From: Anthoceros angustus
Taxonomy: Eukaryota; Plantae; Anthocerotophyta
Length of the DNA: 64,000 nucleotides
NCBI GenBank assembly: GCA_010909165.1
Contig: MU008161.1
Location: 1,922,001-1,986,000, forward strand
Reading direction: 5' to 3'
Part shown: positions 1-11,238 of the stretch, piece by piece
Numbering within the stretch: the stretch's first letter is position 1
Layout of the letters: the number at the start of each line of letters is the position of its first letter
Notes under the pieces: model-generated
Told to the model about the DNA's origin: nothing
Databases searched by the model: none
Seen by the model: the letters and a program-made list of their open reading frames with translations, nothing else
Program-made: the position numbers and the translations under genes

Positions 1-275
1 ATGGCAGAGATGAGGATGCTGCGAGCGCGCTTGTCCTTCCTGGTCCAAGCTGCGATCTGGTCAGAAGTTGCTGGGGGGTTTGATGTGGTGACCGGCTGGG
101 CGATAGTGCCGTCGACTATCCCCATGAGGTCATGCTCCTCCAGCAGCGCAGTGATGCGCATCTGCCAGATGTCATAGTCGCTTCCTGTGAAGCGATCTCG
201 ATCTCTAAACTCTACCTTAGTGGTGTTTACAATTTGAGCCATAGCTGGACGTTGTGCAAGACGGGTAAGTCTCAT
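1..275 (-). mobile_element. Ty1/copia retrotransposon gag N-terminus (runs off window start)
   Basis: The minus strand from ATG 242 (in-frame upstream ATG 275) reads MAQIVNTTKVEFRDRDRFTGSDYDIWQMRITALLEEHDLMGIVDGT...AAWTRKDKRARSILISA. This is the F.G.DY..W...M...L...DL..IVDG / W...D..A...I pattern of copia Gag. Confidence 0.85.
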
Positions 276-801
276 GGCAAGCAATTTTGTAGTATGCTGA
301 CCTAGGGGGTCGAAATTAGGCATTTGCCTACTCACAATGCATTTGATTCAGTGTTCGTGTGTACAGGCAGGTTGGAGATGGCGACGAGGAGTGCCTCCAT
401 CTACGATTTGATTAGTACTAATTGACTCTTAAGATAATCCTCGGAAGAGGTTGTGGGATTACGGAACACTGGAGAGGTTGCACTGCTGCGGTGAGCAGGT
501 AGGGTCTCTACTCTGTGGATTCTTGATGAAATTCTCACTTCGGGTGAAGGATTGGGTCGGCTGACAAAAGTGTCTCCGCGGCAGGCACAGATACACTCTG
601 GTGGAGTTACGTGTCAGGGCAGGCGGTGTGTGCGTCGGTTGGGGGCGTTCTGTTGGGCGACTCGCGGGTGCGCCGAGGCATGGTAGCCTACTCAGGATCG
701 ATGAAGTCCGCTGCCGTTGCTCCGGGCGCGCTCCATGCCGGTGGCTATTGGAAGCCAAGCGCGGGGCGCGTTCGAGAGGCCAAACGGGGCGCGACTTGCT
801 T

Positions 802-1056
802 GCTCTGATACCATAAAGTGAGATGCAATAAAGCAGAAAAGGATATTTTATTGATGAGCACTTGGGCTATTTATGCAATGCACTCATGGCGGTTATAACT
901 ACTAGGAACGATGTGCGCAATAACTGTTTCCACATAACCGTTGAGGTTAATGCAGTAAATGCTATCTACTACATTTAATAATTATTTATTGCTCACGCAT
1001 GTGAAGTGTGCCCTAATGTGCCGCTACCAGCGCAGCCAGCGCATAAGGTCACAACA
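802..1056 (-). mobile_element. tRNA-Met primer-binding site and probable 5' LTR of the copia element
   Basis: 802-813 gctctgatacca is the reverse complement of TGGTATCAGAGC (Met-i PBS), upstream of gag. The putative LTR start TGTTGTGA is on the minus strand at 1056. The LTR boundary is unconfirmed because the 3' LTR is outside the window. Confidence 0.7.
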
Positions 1057-1103
1057 AAACATGTCCATCTTTGTGGCTACTATCTCTTAAAACATCAGTG
1101 GAG

Positions 1104-1183
1104 ACTTTATAAAAAAGGAAGAGATAGGAAAACCCATTTACCCACTTTATAAAAAAGGAAGAGATAGGAAAACCCATTTACCC
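1104..1183. repeat. Perfect 40-bp tandem duplication
   Basis: actttataaaaaaggaagagataggaaaacccatttaccc occurs twice, directly adjacent. Confidence 0.9.
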
Positions 1184-1719
1184 CGAGCCGATGGGGAACA
1201 ACTCATTAAAGGGCCAAGGGCCAAGGGCCAAGGGCTAGGCCCCTTCCCCTCTCCCCTCCCCGAATATCGATCTTGAAACTACCAACCGTCCTAAGTATGT
1301 CGTGGTCAAAGATAAGAAAAGGTGTACCTACGACCGGTGCTACTAATGCTGCGTTTCCCGCGCTCGTTGCTGACCTGTAAACAATGTTGGCCAACGCTCT
1401 CTGCAGAGAAGGCATGGGCGTCTTGCATAGGCCTGTACTTGTGTACCTTGAATGTCACGCCCCAAGCGAGCAGGTCAATAGGCGCGGCAGGGTTTAAATG
1501 ATGCATGATGAGGGGGTTGATACAGATTCTACAGGCATTCAGACATGGAGCGGCTAGTCACCACATCTCTTGTGGCTGACTCGTCAAACACCTTGCGGGC
1601 ATCCTCCAGGCCCCCACAATTTGCAGACATGTCCACCGGGCAGCTCGCAATGAGCACATCGACTTGCAGCCCCATTTCCTGACCCGGTCGTGTAGCTGCC
1701 TTCCCTGCTCCAATGCCCC

Positions 1720-2330
1720 GATTCTTTTACTTGGTGAGCAAGGGATGGGTCAGGAGGCTCTCCTGTGTCACGATCAAATGCTGATGGCAGGCATCCAGCC
1801 GACTGAAATCACCTTACTTTCACTTGGCAACGTGTCTGTGTGCAGTCATGCTGGCCTGGGGTGGGAAGGTGTAATCTAGAAGTGCTTGGAGTTCATGCAC
1901 ACAGATATCATGGGATAGCTCCCAGAGAAGCACTATGGCTGTATGATAGATCTGCCCGCGTGCTGGAGGCTTCACAATGTAGGAGAGCTCTTGCCAAGTA
2001 TGCAAATGCAGCTGTATGTTTCCATGTTGTTGTGTCTGCTGGGGTAATGCAGGATATGAGGCACAGCAATGTATCTCAGGGAAAGCAAGTGTTTGATTGC
2101 GTAGTGCGTGTGCAACCCACAAATGCTTCAGTATCAACACCTTTCAGAGGATGCCTAGACGGCGGACAAGACCAGGAATTAAGAAGGAAGGTGCGTGGGA
2201 AGAGCCTGGCTGGAGGTGGATCGAGCATATGCGTGATGCGGAAGTGCACATTTTGTTGATGGGCACAGGCAACATAGTCAAGAGTATGGCATGTAAGCTT
2301 AAGGAGACAGAAGACCTGGGTGCCCTCATC
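1720..2330 (+). pseudogene. Degenerate PLS-class PPR gene relic (last repeats and E domain)
   Basis: Fragments in shifting frames: QGMGQEAL...MLMAGIQPTEIT, VCSHAGL, YHGIAPRE, NAAV...LLSA, GIKKE...PGWRWIE. Multiple stops and frameshifts. Confidence 0.7.
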
Positions 2331-3218
2331 TCGGTCCGACGGTCCCTCATGAGGCTATCTACCCTCAGGAATTATTCATCTCCGCTTAGCATTCCAGCGG
2401 ACAGCGCCAGTAATGCATGTGCCCACTACACGCACACAGCAACCAACCATTGGTGTAACTTCCTCGCCCTCCTCACAAACGGAACCGGGTTTTAGCTCTG
2501 TGCAGGCAAAGAACGACGTGGACCTCGTGAGAAGGCGCATGGTTGCCTTACTTTCTGGGAAGCCGGCTGCACGAATGGATCACATAGGCCTAGGAATCTA
2601 TCTAGCTGTAGTGCACTCTTGGTGATGAGGAGAGATGGAAGTCCTCAGGAGCGGTGCTCGAGATGCCAGACTCGGCACAACCTTGCCTCAAAATGTAAAC
2701 CCACTTCACACCGTCCTGTACGGATTGGGTGGAATTTGTATAAGAATTAATTGATGAGACTAGAGCTTGCACTAAGGATTCATCTTTCCACGCAGGAGCT
2801 GTGGTCCACAAGAGATATCTCCAGGATTGTAGCGGAGCCCTCCTGCCAGATTGCCAGATTGCCAGATTGCCAGACTGCCAGTGTGAGCCCATTGCTTCAC
2901 TCATACACGATTCGAGTCTGCTGGTATCTTTTCTACTGTTATGTGTTCTATGTAGTAAAATGTGGACTTACTGAGGATGAATAGCTAGGTGGATGCACCT
3001 TCCTTGCAGGCGTGCACTGCATAACGTGCCAGTGAGCTTGTCCAATGGGATCGATGCCGCCGATTTCGTGGAACTGTCCAGAAGCCATGTACATAGGAAG
3101 GTGTGCGTTCGAGTCCGGCCCTGCCTTGCGTAGCTCTGATCGTCCAGCGCTTTCCATTGGCTAGGCAGGAGTCGGGAAAGAAGTGGGAGCTTGTTGTCGT
3201 CGTGAATTGTTTGGGGCT

Positions 3219-6200
3219 ATGGCGGAACTGCCTCTTCCTGCCGCGCTGGTGGAGCTGCTGGATGAGCTGGAGTCCCAGTCGCCGAGCCTGTCGGCTCTCC
3301 CTCCTCCTGCGGGTTCCACTTCATGGGGCGCCTACTTCCTGGACGGCGAACACGAAGATAGGTGGGACGTTCTTGCTCTGGAGCTGGAGGAACTGCTCAA
3401 TCAGCTCAAGTCCCAGTCGCCTGCGGGTCTCACTTCCCGGGGCACATCCTTCCTGGGCGGTCTACATGAAGATGAAGGTTGGACTGAACCGCGTGAAGAT
3501 GAAGCAAATAAACATGAAGCGAGTGTAGGTGCAGGTTCGTCTGAAGTGAGACATGATGAAGATGAAGGTCCGACCGATGAAGACGAAGGTTCGAATGAGG
3601 ATGAAGCGTGGCAAGATGAAGATGAAGGTGAGTCCATGCGGGAGGTGCGCTTGCGCATCATGACCGCTATCGGCAACTGCCGTAGCCTGAGGACCATCGA
3701 CCTGAATCCCGACGGCCATGCTGGGACGTACAGCGTGAGCGACGTGGAAGCAACGGCGCTGCTCAACAGCTTGAAGCACAACAATCCAGCGCTGGAAAGC
3801 CTGAGCCTGTCCCGGTTCAAGGGATTCGGGACGGCTGAAGCGTGCAAAGCACTCGCTGCTGGCGTCGTGCGACCCATTCGCAGCAGATTGGAAGTTCTGG
3901 ATATGCAGGGGGTTGGGCTGAGTGTGGAAGGACTGGCTCATATCTCCGCAGCCTTGCGAGGCAACAGCGCCTCACTACTCTACATGTTGCTTCTCGATGA
4001 CAACGACATGATAGGGGATGCTGCCGGGGCGCGGCACATTGCCGACATCATCACCCACTCGCCTGCACTGCGATACTTGGGGCTGATCGGGATAGGAATG
4101 GATGCTGCGGGCGCCGGGCTGATTGCAGACGCTTTGGTGCGAACCAACACACTGGACCTACTTCTTATCGGATATGACCGGCAGAAGGATCCCGAGCAGG
4201 CAGCCATGTTAACTCGTCTCGTGATTGCATTGACTGGCGATGCCTCCTCCTCGCAGTCTCACACTTCACGTGCCGCTGCTTCAGCCAACCGTTCCATCAC
4301 CAAGCTCTGGCTTGAGGTACGCGGGCTGGCAGGAGGCAATGATAGCGCTGCGGAGGCTGGGCTGAAAGAAGCTGTGGCTGCCATGCTTCTCTCCAACACC
4401 ACTTTGAAATTCCTCCATGTGACCAGCTTTTTCGTGACGCGGGGGTTGTGGGCACTGCCTCGCCACAGCAGCATCACCACACTTCAACTGCTCCACCAGC
4501 ATTCCCTGGATGAGGAGGAGCTGGATCCTCTGCTGCTGTCAATCCTGCAGGAGTGCACCAAGCTGCAGGTGCTGACACTCAGGTTCGACAAACCCTACGG
4601 GGCGAGCAACTTCACCAAGGAGTTGTTCCAGGGCTTGGAGCAAAACAAGCCTAGCGTCAAGAGGCTGGAGTTGGATGGCTGGGATGGGCTGGACGACCAC
4701 ATGTTCCAGGACCTCATTCAATCTCTGTCCACCAACACCAGCCTGGACCACATCTCCATCAGGGGCAGCTCCTGGGAAAAGCAAGGCAAAGCCGAACGTT
4801 TGGAGAAAGCGTTGAGGGATACGAGACTGAAGCTGCTTCATCCGCAGCTGCTTGCGTTGCTTGCAGAGCTGGAGTCCGAGTCCCCAGCGCTGCAAGAACT
4901 CCCATCCGAGGATGTGTGGGGGAGCTACTTCGATTGCCAATGCCAGGTCGGGGAGTGCCAACACCGCGGGGAGTGGCAGGGGGAGGTGCGCCTGCGCCTG
5001 CTCACAGCCATCGGCAGATGCCGCACACTGAGAAAGATCAATCTGAAACCTCTACGCTCGGCGGGTGACAGAAGCTTGTGGCCGGTAGAGGCGTTGGCGC
5101 TCTTATCAGGCTTGCAAGACAATCGTGTGCTGCAGAAGCTGGATTTGTGTGGCTACATGGGCTTTGGGACCACAGCAACCGGCGTGCTGCAGGCACTGGC
5201 TGCCGTCATCGAGAGATCCTACCGCTCGTTGGTGATTCTGGATTTGCAAGATATGGGATTGCGTGCAGAGGGAGTGGGTGACCTCGCTGCAGCCCTCCGA
5301 CGCAATGGCACCTCAGTCCTGTGCCACTTGGATTTCTCTGGGAATGACATCGGCAATGCTGTCGGGGCGCAACACTTGGCCCACATCCTCACCAACTTGC
5401 CCACGCTCCGCGGTCTCGGGATTAGGGAAATAGGGATGGAGGAGGAAGGCGCCGTGGTGATCGCACAGGCCCTGGCGCGCACCACCACACTCACCTGGCT
5501 TTGCATCGGACACATGGAGCCACGGAACCCAAGGCAGCCAGGGTTCACGATTCCACTGCTCGACGCTTTGGTGTGGCCTGAGTCCGACGCATCTCATGAC
5601 CTAGCGTCGGGCCCCAGCCCCATCAAGGAGGAGGAGGAGGAAGACGATCTGTATTACTATGACTTCTGGTGGGGATTGAAGAAGTGGAGTGAGCGAAGCA
5701 AGCACTTCTTCATGGATACTGCTCACTCTGCTGCTCCTATGCCTTCGTCAGGAACTCATAGCCCAGGGCGTGGTGTGACTGGCACGCCGGATCATGATGC
5801 GGCCACGAGTCTGCACCAGGCTCAAGATCCTCCTGCTGCCTTTTACAATCGCTCCATCACAGAGCTTCTTCTTTTCTGTCCGGGAGGCCAGGAGGCCGTG
5901 GAGTCGGGGTTAGGAGAAGCCCTGGCTCGCGTCCTTGGCTCTAACCGGGCTCTGAAAAAGCTTAGTGTTGCCAGCTTCTTCGTCACACGCGGATTGGGCG
6001 CTCTACGTGAAAGCAGAAGCATCACCAAACTCACAGTCACGCACACGTGGTTTGCCGACGACGACGACATGGATCCTGTTCTCATCACCATCCTTGAGGA
6101 GTGCAAGACTGTCAAGGAGCTGCAGCTTGAGTTCCACAAGCCCTTTGCTTCATCCGACTTCACCAAGCCCTTTTTCCGAGGGTTGCACAACAACCGCAGC

Positions 6201-9200
6201 ATCAAGAGGCTGGTGTTGGATGGCTGGGATGGCCTGGATGACCACATGTTTCACGACTTGATGATGTCTCTGCGAAACAACTCCAACAGCGTTCTAGAGA
6301 ACATATCCATCAAGGAAACATCATGGGAAAGCGAAGGCAAAGGGAAACACATTCAGAACGCTCTCATCAAAAACAGAAACATACGCACAAGATCAAGCCC
6401 TGGGCGGCAGGGTAAGTGGCCCAAGCTAGGTAGCTTACCGCGTCTGTTTTACTCTCTCCACTCAGAAACCACAAACACAGACCTGACAGAGCTCTTCTAT
6501 TCTCACATTCGCAGGTTCGTCAGAAGAAGTGCCACAGCAGGTCGCCGCAGGTATGAAACCACCCACTCCATGCATTCGTTCCCACTTCCAAGTAGTTGTT
6601 GGGTTGTTGCGGATGCAGCTGATGCATTCGTTCCCACTTCCAAGCAGTTCTGGCTGATGCAACTGGTTGGCAGTGTGACAATTGACTGATTTCATTGGCT
6701 GTGTGTGTGGTCACCGTAATAATACTCCAGTTCCTGTTAACGTTTGTGAGGATCCGGAGCTGCTCGCCCTGCTGGCCGAGCTCGACTCACCTTCGCCTAC
6801 ACTCCGTAGCCTTCCCGGTGTGAAAGCCTTTGGGCAGTTGTTCAAGAACGACGGTGGGCATCCAAAGGCGGAGCTGGAACTGCGCTTGCGCCTTATGACG
6901 GCTATCGGTAACTGCCCCACCCTCACATCAATCGACCTCGACTCCCTGCGAAATAACAACTCCTACCAGAGGGCGATGGCAGAGGCGACGTTGCCACTCG
7001 TCAACGGCGACGGCGCACTGGATGCTTCTCAGACGCGTGGATTTTACAGGGTGACGGCGGCAGAGGCGACGGCGCTCTTGGAAGGCCTAGCATCCAACGC
7101 AGTGTTGGAACGCCTGTACCTGACCGGGTACGATGGTTTTGGAACAGGTGAAGTCTGCCTTGCACTCGCTGCTGCCTTGCGATCCACCCGCACCTTGCGG
7201 GTTCTGGATATGAGATACACTGGCATGACTGCCGATGGACTGGGTCACATAGCTGCAGCCCTGCGACGTAAACCCCGCACAGTGCTTCGCCGATTGAGTC
7301 TCTCTGGGAATCCGAGGATAGGAGAAGGTGCTGGAGCAAAACACCTGGCTGACATCCTGACCACCACTCCCACGCTTCTCAGCCTGGGGATTCGGGATAT
7401 AGGGATGGATTATGCGGGAGCAGTGACGATAGGGACTGCCCTGGCACAGAGCCCCACTCTTTACAGGCTGAGTATAGGATATCATCACGGGTGGAGCCCG
7501 GAGCAGGCGGGGATGACGGCCACCCTGTTAGCCCGAGCACTGACCCCTGGTATGGCGGACGCAGAGCAGGAACCTCAAGGTGTTGCTGCCAAACCCCCAT
7601 CTGCTAACGGGTCGGTCACAGAACTCAGGCTACTAGTATGGGGAGCAGGAGAGCAGCCTGTCTCCCCTGCGCTGGCAGAAGCTGTGGATCGTATGCTTCG
7701 GTTCAACAGGTCTTTGAAACATCTCCACATTTCTAGCTGCTTCATAAGCCGCGGATTGGAGGGACTGAGTGACAACAGCGCTAGCAGCATCATCCGTGTG
7801 ACAGTTCGGCATGGTGGTTATAGTGATGGTGAAGATTACTGCAAACTGATGCCAATCCTACAGAGGTGCCGGAAAGTGGAAAGTTTGCACCTTAAGCAGA
7901 TGAATGTAGGATCATCTAACCTCTCGGAGACGTTTTTCAAGTCCCTGCAAAAAAATCCCCACCTGAAAGAGTTGGTACTGGATAACTGGGAAGGGCTGGA
8001 TGATGATATGTTTCAAGCACTGATGCAAGCTCTGCAAGGGAACACCAATTTGGAGAGAGTGTCGTTCGAAAACACTCTCTGGAAAAGACAGGGAAAAGGC
8101 GCTGCAGTCGATGAAGCACTACGACAAAATAAGGAATACCGACGAGCGTTAGCAGGAGTTCCGACGATGCCCGTCAAATCATGTCGCCTGGTATTGTGTG
8201 GATTTCCATATGCAGGTAAGCGGTCTAAATCCTTTTTGCTTCTGTCTTTGTCTCTGGAGCAGCATTGTTGCTAACTGATTTTCTTGCTCCTGTGTTCTTC
8301 TCCTAGGAAAAACGACCATACTAAACACCTTGATGGAAACAGAAGGAAACTATGCTGAAATCACGGGCGACACAACTTTAGAGGGAACACCTCGAACGCG
8401 AGGATTTGAGGTAAAAGTACTAAAAGAAACTACAGCATTGAGGATTACGGTTTGGGATCTTGCAGGACATAAAGAGTATCACGCCCTTCATGATCTTGTG
8501 TTTCCAAATGGAAATAATTCTTCTTTATTTATGTTTGTGTATAATCCGTTCAAGGTTGGGGACAATACAAATCCGGACTTCAAAGCTTTGAAGCACCGCA
8601 ACGATTTCAAAGCAGAGTTTATTTATTGGCTCAAGTTTATTGCTTCTAATTCGAAGGTAACGCAACAGGTTAAGCCATATATTCATGTAGTAATTACTTA
8701 TGGTGACAAGTTAGAAGGTAGTAGATATTCTATTGGAATATGCGAGCAAATGGCAGTGGTGAAGGATGAATTCAAGAATATTGTGGAGATTTCAGATGAA
8801 CCTGATCACATCCATGGGCAAAGCTGGAATGATGTGTACACCCTTAGTAAAAAAATAGAGCAAAAGGTCCAACAACTTGTTCGGCAGTTACCTCCGATCC
8901 CTAATATTTGTGAGCAGACACGTATACATGTGCAAAGATGGGCAACACAGCAACAAGGTATGCCGATCATTTCGATCGATAAGTTTATTGAGTTGTTCCT
9001 GGATACATGCAACACGGCATTACGGAGTCCACTTATCTCGCAAGATTACCGAAGATTTCTTATGGATTTCATTGAAAAAGATGATAGTTGGAAAGTAGTA
9101 GCATCATACCTCAAGGATTGTGGGGAGGTTATATATTTCCAGCAGTCGGATCTTATGGTGGTAGACCTAAAGTGGTTAGGAATGGGAGTTTTTGGTGAGC

Positions 9201-11238
9201 TGGTTAGTATATTTGGTGAACCACGACATGGAAGAGATTGGCTTCAACTTCAAAATGGGTTCATAAGCAAAGATGGATTGAGGCAACTTCTAAAAATATC
9301 TTTGGACAAGGTTGGGTTTGGTATGACCAGTGGAAGTGAGGAACAATTCATCCACTTGATGCTTGAATTACATCTTTGTTTTGAAAGTAATGTTGAAGCA
9401 GGTGAAGTGCGCTATTTTATACCCATATGTGCATATGGAGAAGGAGACATAATAGGTGTTGATCGACAATTAGCATGGCCTTCACACGGCGACAATCATG
9501 ACTATATCTTTATGGGTATGCGTTTACAATGTGATAACCAAAATTGCACTTTTTTAACGCCAGGGTTTTTCCCTCGCTTGCAGGTATAGAAGAACATTTA
9601 AGCTTGTGTTTTCTCTTAATATTTACGTGCTCGTACCTTGATCATATTATGTTTTCTTGTTCCTCACTACTTACATTATTCATTTCTTGATATCGGTGAT
9701 AGGTATTATTCCATAATTATGCATCCAAGCATAATAGTCCAATCGATTGGACAGAATTGCAAGCCAACTCCATATTTATATCTGCAGGATTTCTCGATAT
9801 CTTTGTGGAATTCAATGCTGAAATAGGTTGTCACATAGATATCTTAATCCGATCAACTGAAGGTTATTTGAGGTCTCAGTCGTTCTTGCATGAATATATC
9901 ATACCCCAGATTCGTGCATTTTGTGCCTCGTACGAGGGCTGTCCAGGGGTTACACTTGTTGAAGGTGTTCTTAGATGTGAATGTGTTGAATCCCTCACCC
10001 TATGTAGATATAGGGAAAGCCAGTGTATCCTGGCAGATGAGCTCGTCAAGAAGGTGATTGCTGAGAAAAAAAGGGGCTATGCACACTACACTCAGTCTTG
10101 GGCAGATATCTCCGACAACGCTGAAGGCAAGCCACCTATTTTAAGGGCCAACAAAGAGTATGCAAGTGTAATTGATGGTCATGTTATCTTTGGGCGAAAA
10201 GAGTACCTTGCCAAAGCTGAGGTCGAGTTCCAAGGTTCGTACATCTCATTTATGTGTGTGGATAGGCTGTTTCAGATGTCCGGGATGTGCAGATATGCAG
10301 TATAGAATTTCTCTGGAGGTTGGATATGTAACTTGTGCATGTATACTTGTGCATTCTTCCTTGCAAACTCTGAGGTTGCTCCTGTGGCAGAATGCAGATC
10401 CAACAGCAGCTTCTCGGGTGAATCCTCCACTGTACAGCTATCCCCGCAAGTGAAGGCTAAGCAGAAGGGACAACACATTCATGAAAGTTATGCTAACAAA
10501 AGCGTTGACGCAGGCAAACGGAGAGGTTTGGCAGTGATTATGAGCATGGAAGAGGACAGACCTGGAGGAGGTGTAGACAGAGGGCGACTTGAAACTCTTC
10601 TGAAGACCTTGAAGTTTGACACCGAAATTGTGGTGGACGATTCTGAGGAGATCAAAACATGTCTGAAGCAAGTTGTCAAGCTCCAACAGCTAGCTAACGA
10701 CGATTGCTTTCTGTTTTGCATTAATGGTCACGGGGGGATGGAAGAAGACGGAAGACTATACATCCTCATGAGTGGAACCGGCAAGGAGAAGCTTTATGTT
10801 GATGATGATATTTTGAAGCCCATCACTGAATGCAGGTATCTGGCCAAGAAGCCCAAGGTGTTTGTGATCAATGCTTGTCGAGGCACATGCAGCCTTGTCG
10901 CCAGCAAGAAGGCCGAGGGCGCGGACGTTGAGGGGAGCCAAGTCGTGAGCAAGAGAGCCGGAGAAGTTCGACCCCTGGATTCTGTGACCGATTGTCTGGT
11001 TGTTTTCTCCACGAGTCATGGAGACGTATCGTTCAGAGATGCCGAGAAAGGGTCAAACTTTATCACAGCTTTGGTGGACGCCATCGTCGAGGGCTCTCGA
11101 ACAGCAGCAGATCTGTTGAGCATTTTAACACGCGTGATTGACACGGTCACTCAGATGGAGGTCCGGCAAGGATCTGAGATAAGATTCCAGTGTCCTGTGG
11201 TCTACACCACACTCACCAAAAGGCTATACTGGTCTTAA
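3219..11238 (+). CDS. LRR(x3 modules)-ROC-COR (TORNADO1-like ROCO) protein with C-terminal caspase-like peptidase C14 domain; predicted exons 3219-6411, 6515-6550, 6731-8215, 8307-9583, 9703-10234, 10391-11238 (7371 nt, 2456 aa)
   Basis: All five introns are GT-AG and splice in frame. RI-like LRRs. P-loop GFPYAG|KT rebuilt across intron 3, switch RTRG, G3 WDLAGHKEYHALHDLVFP, TRN1-type COR motif FLTPGFFPRLQV|LFHN. The last exon has RPGGGVD, CINGHG, KPKVFVINACRG, SFRDAEKGSNFI and QCPVVYTTLTKRLY. Confidence 0.85.

Noticed and set aside
10333-11238. Caspase ORF as a stand-alone gene or a metacaspase
   Set aside because: The ORF's 5' end lies in intron-like sequence, and a GT-AG intron links it in frame to the COR exon. 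Its motifs (NACRG, two S1 arginines) are not metacaspase-like. A separate transcript cannot be fully excluded without cDNA.
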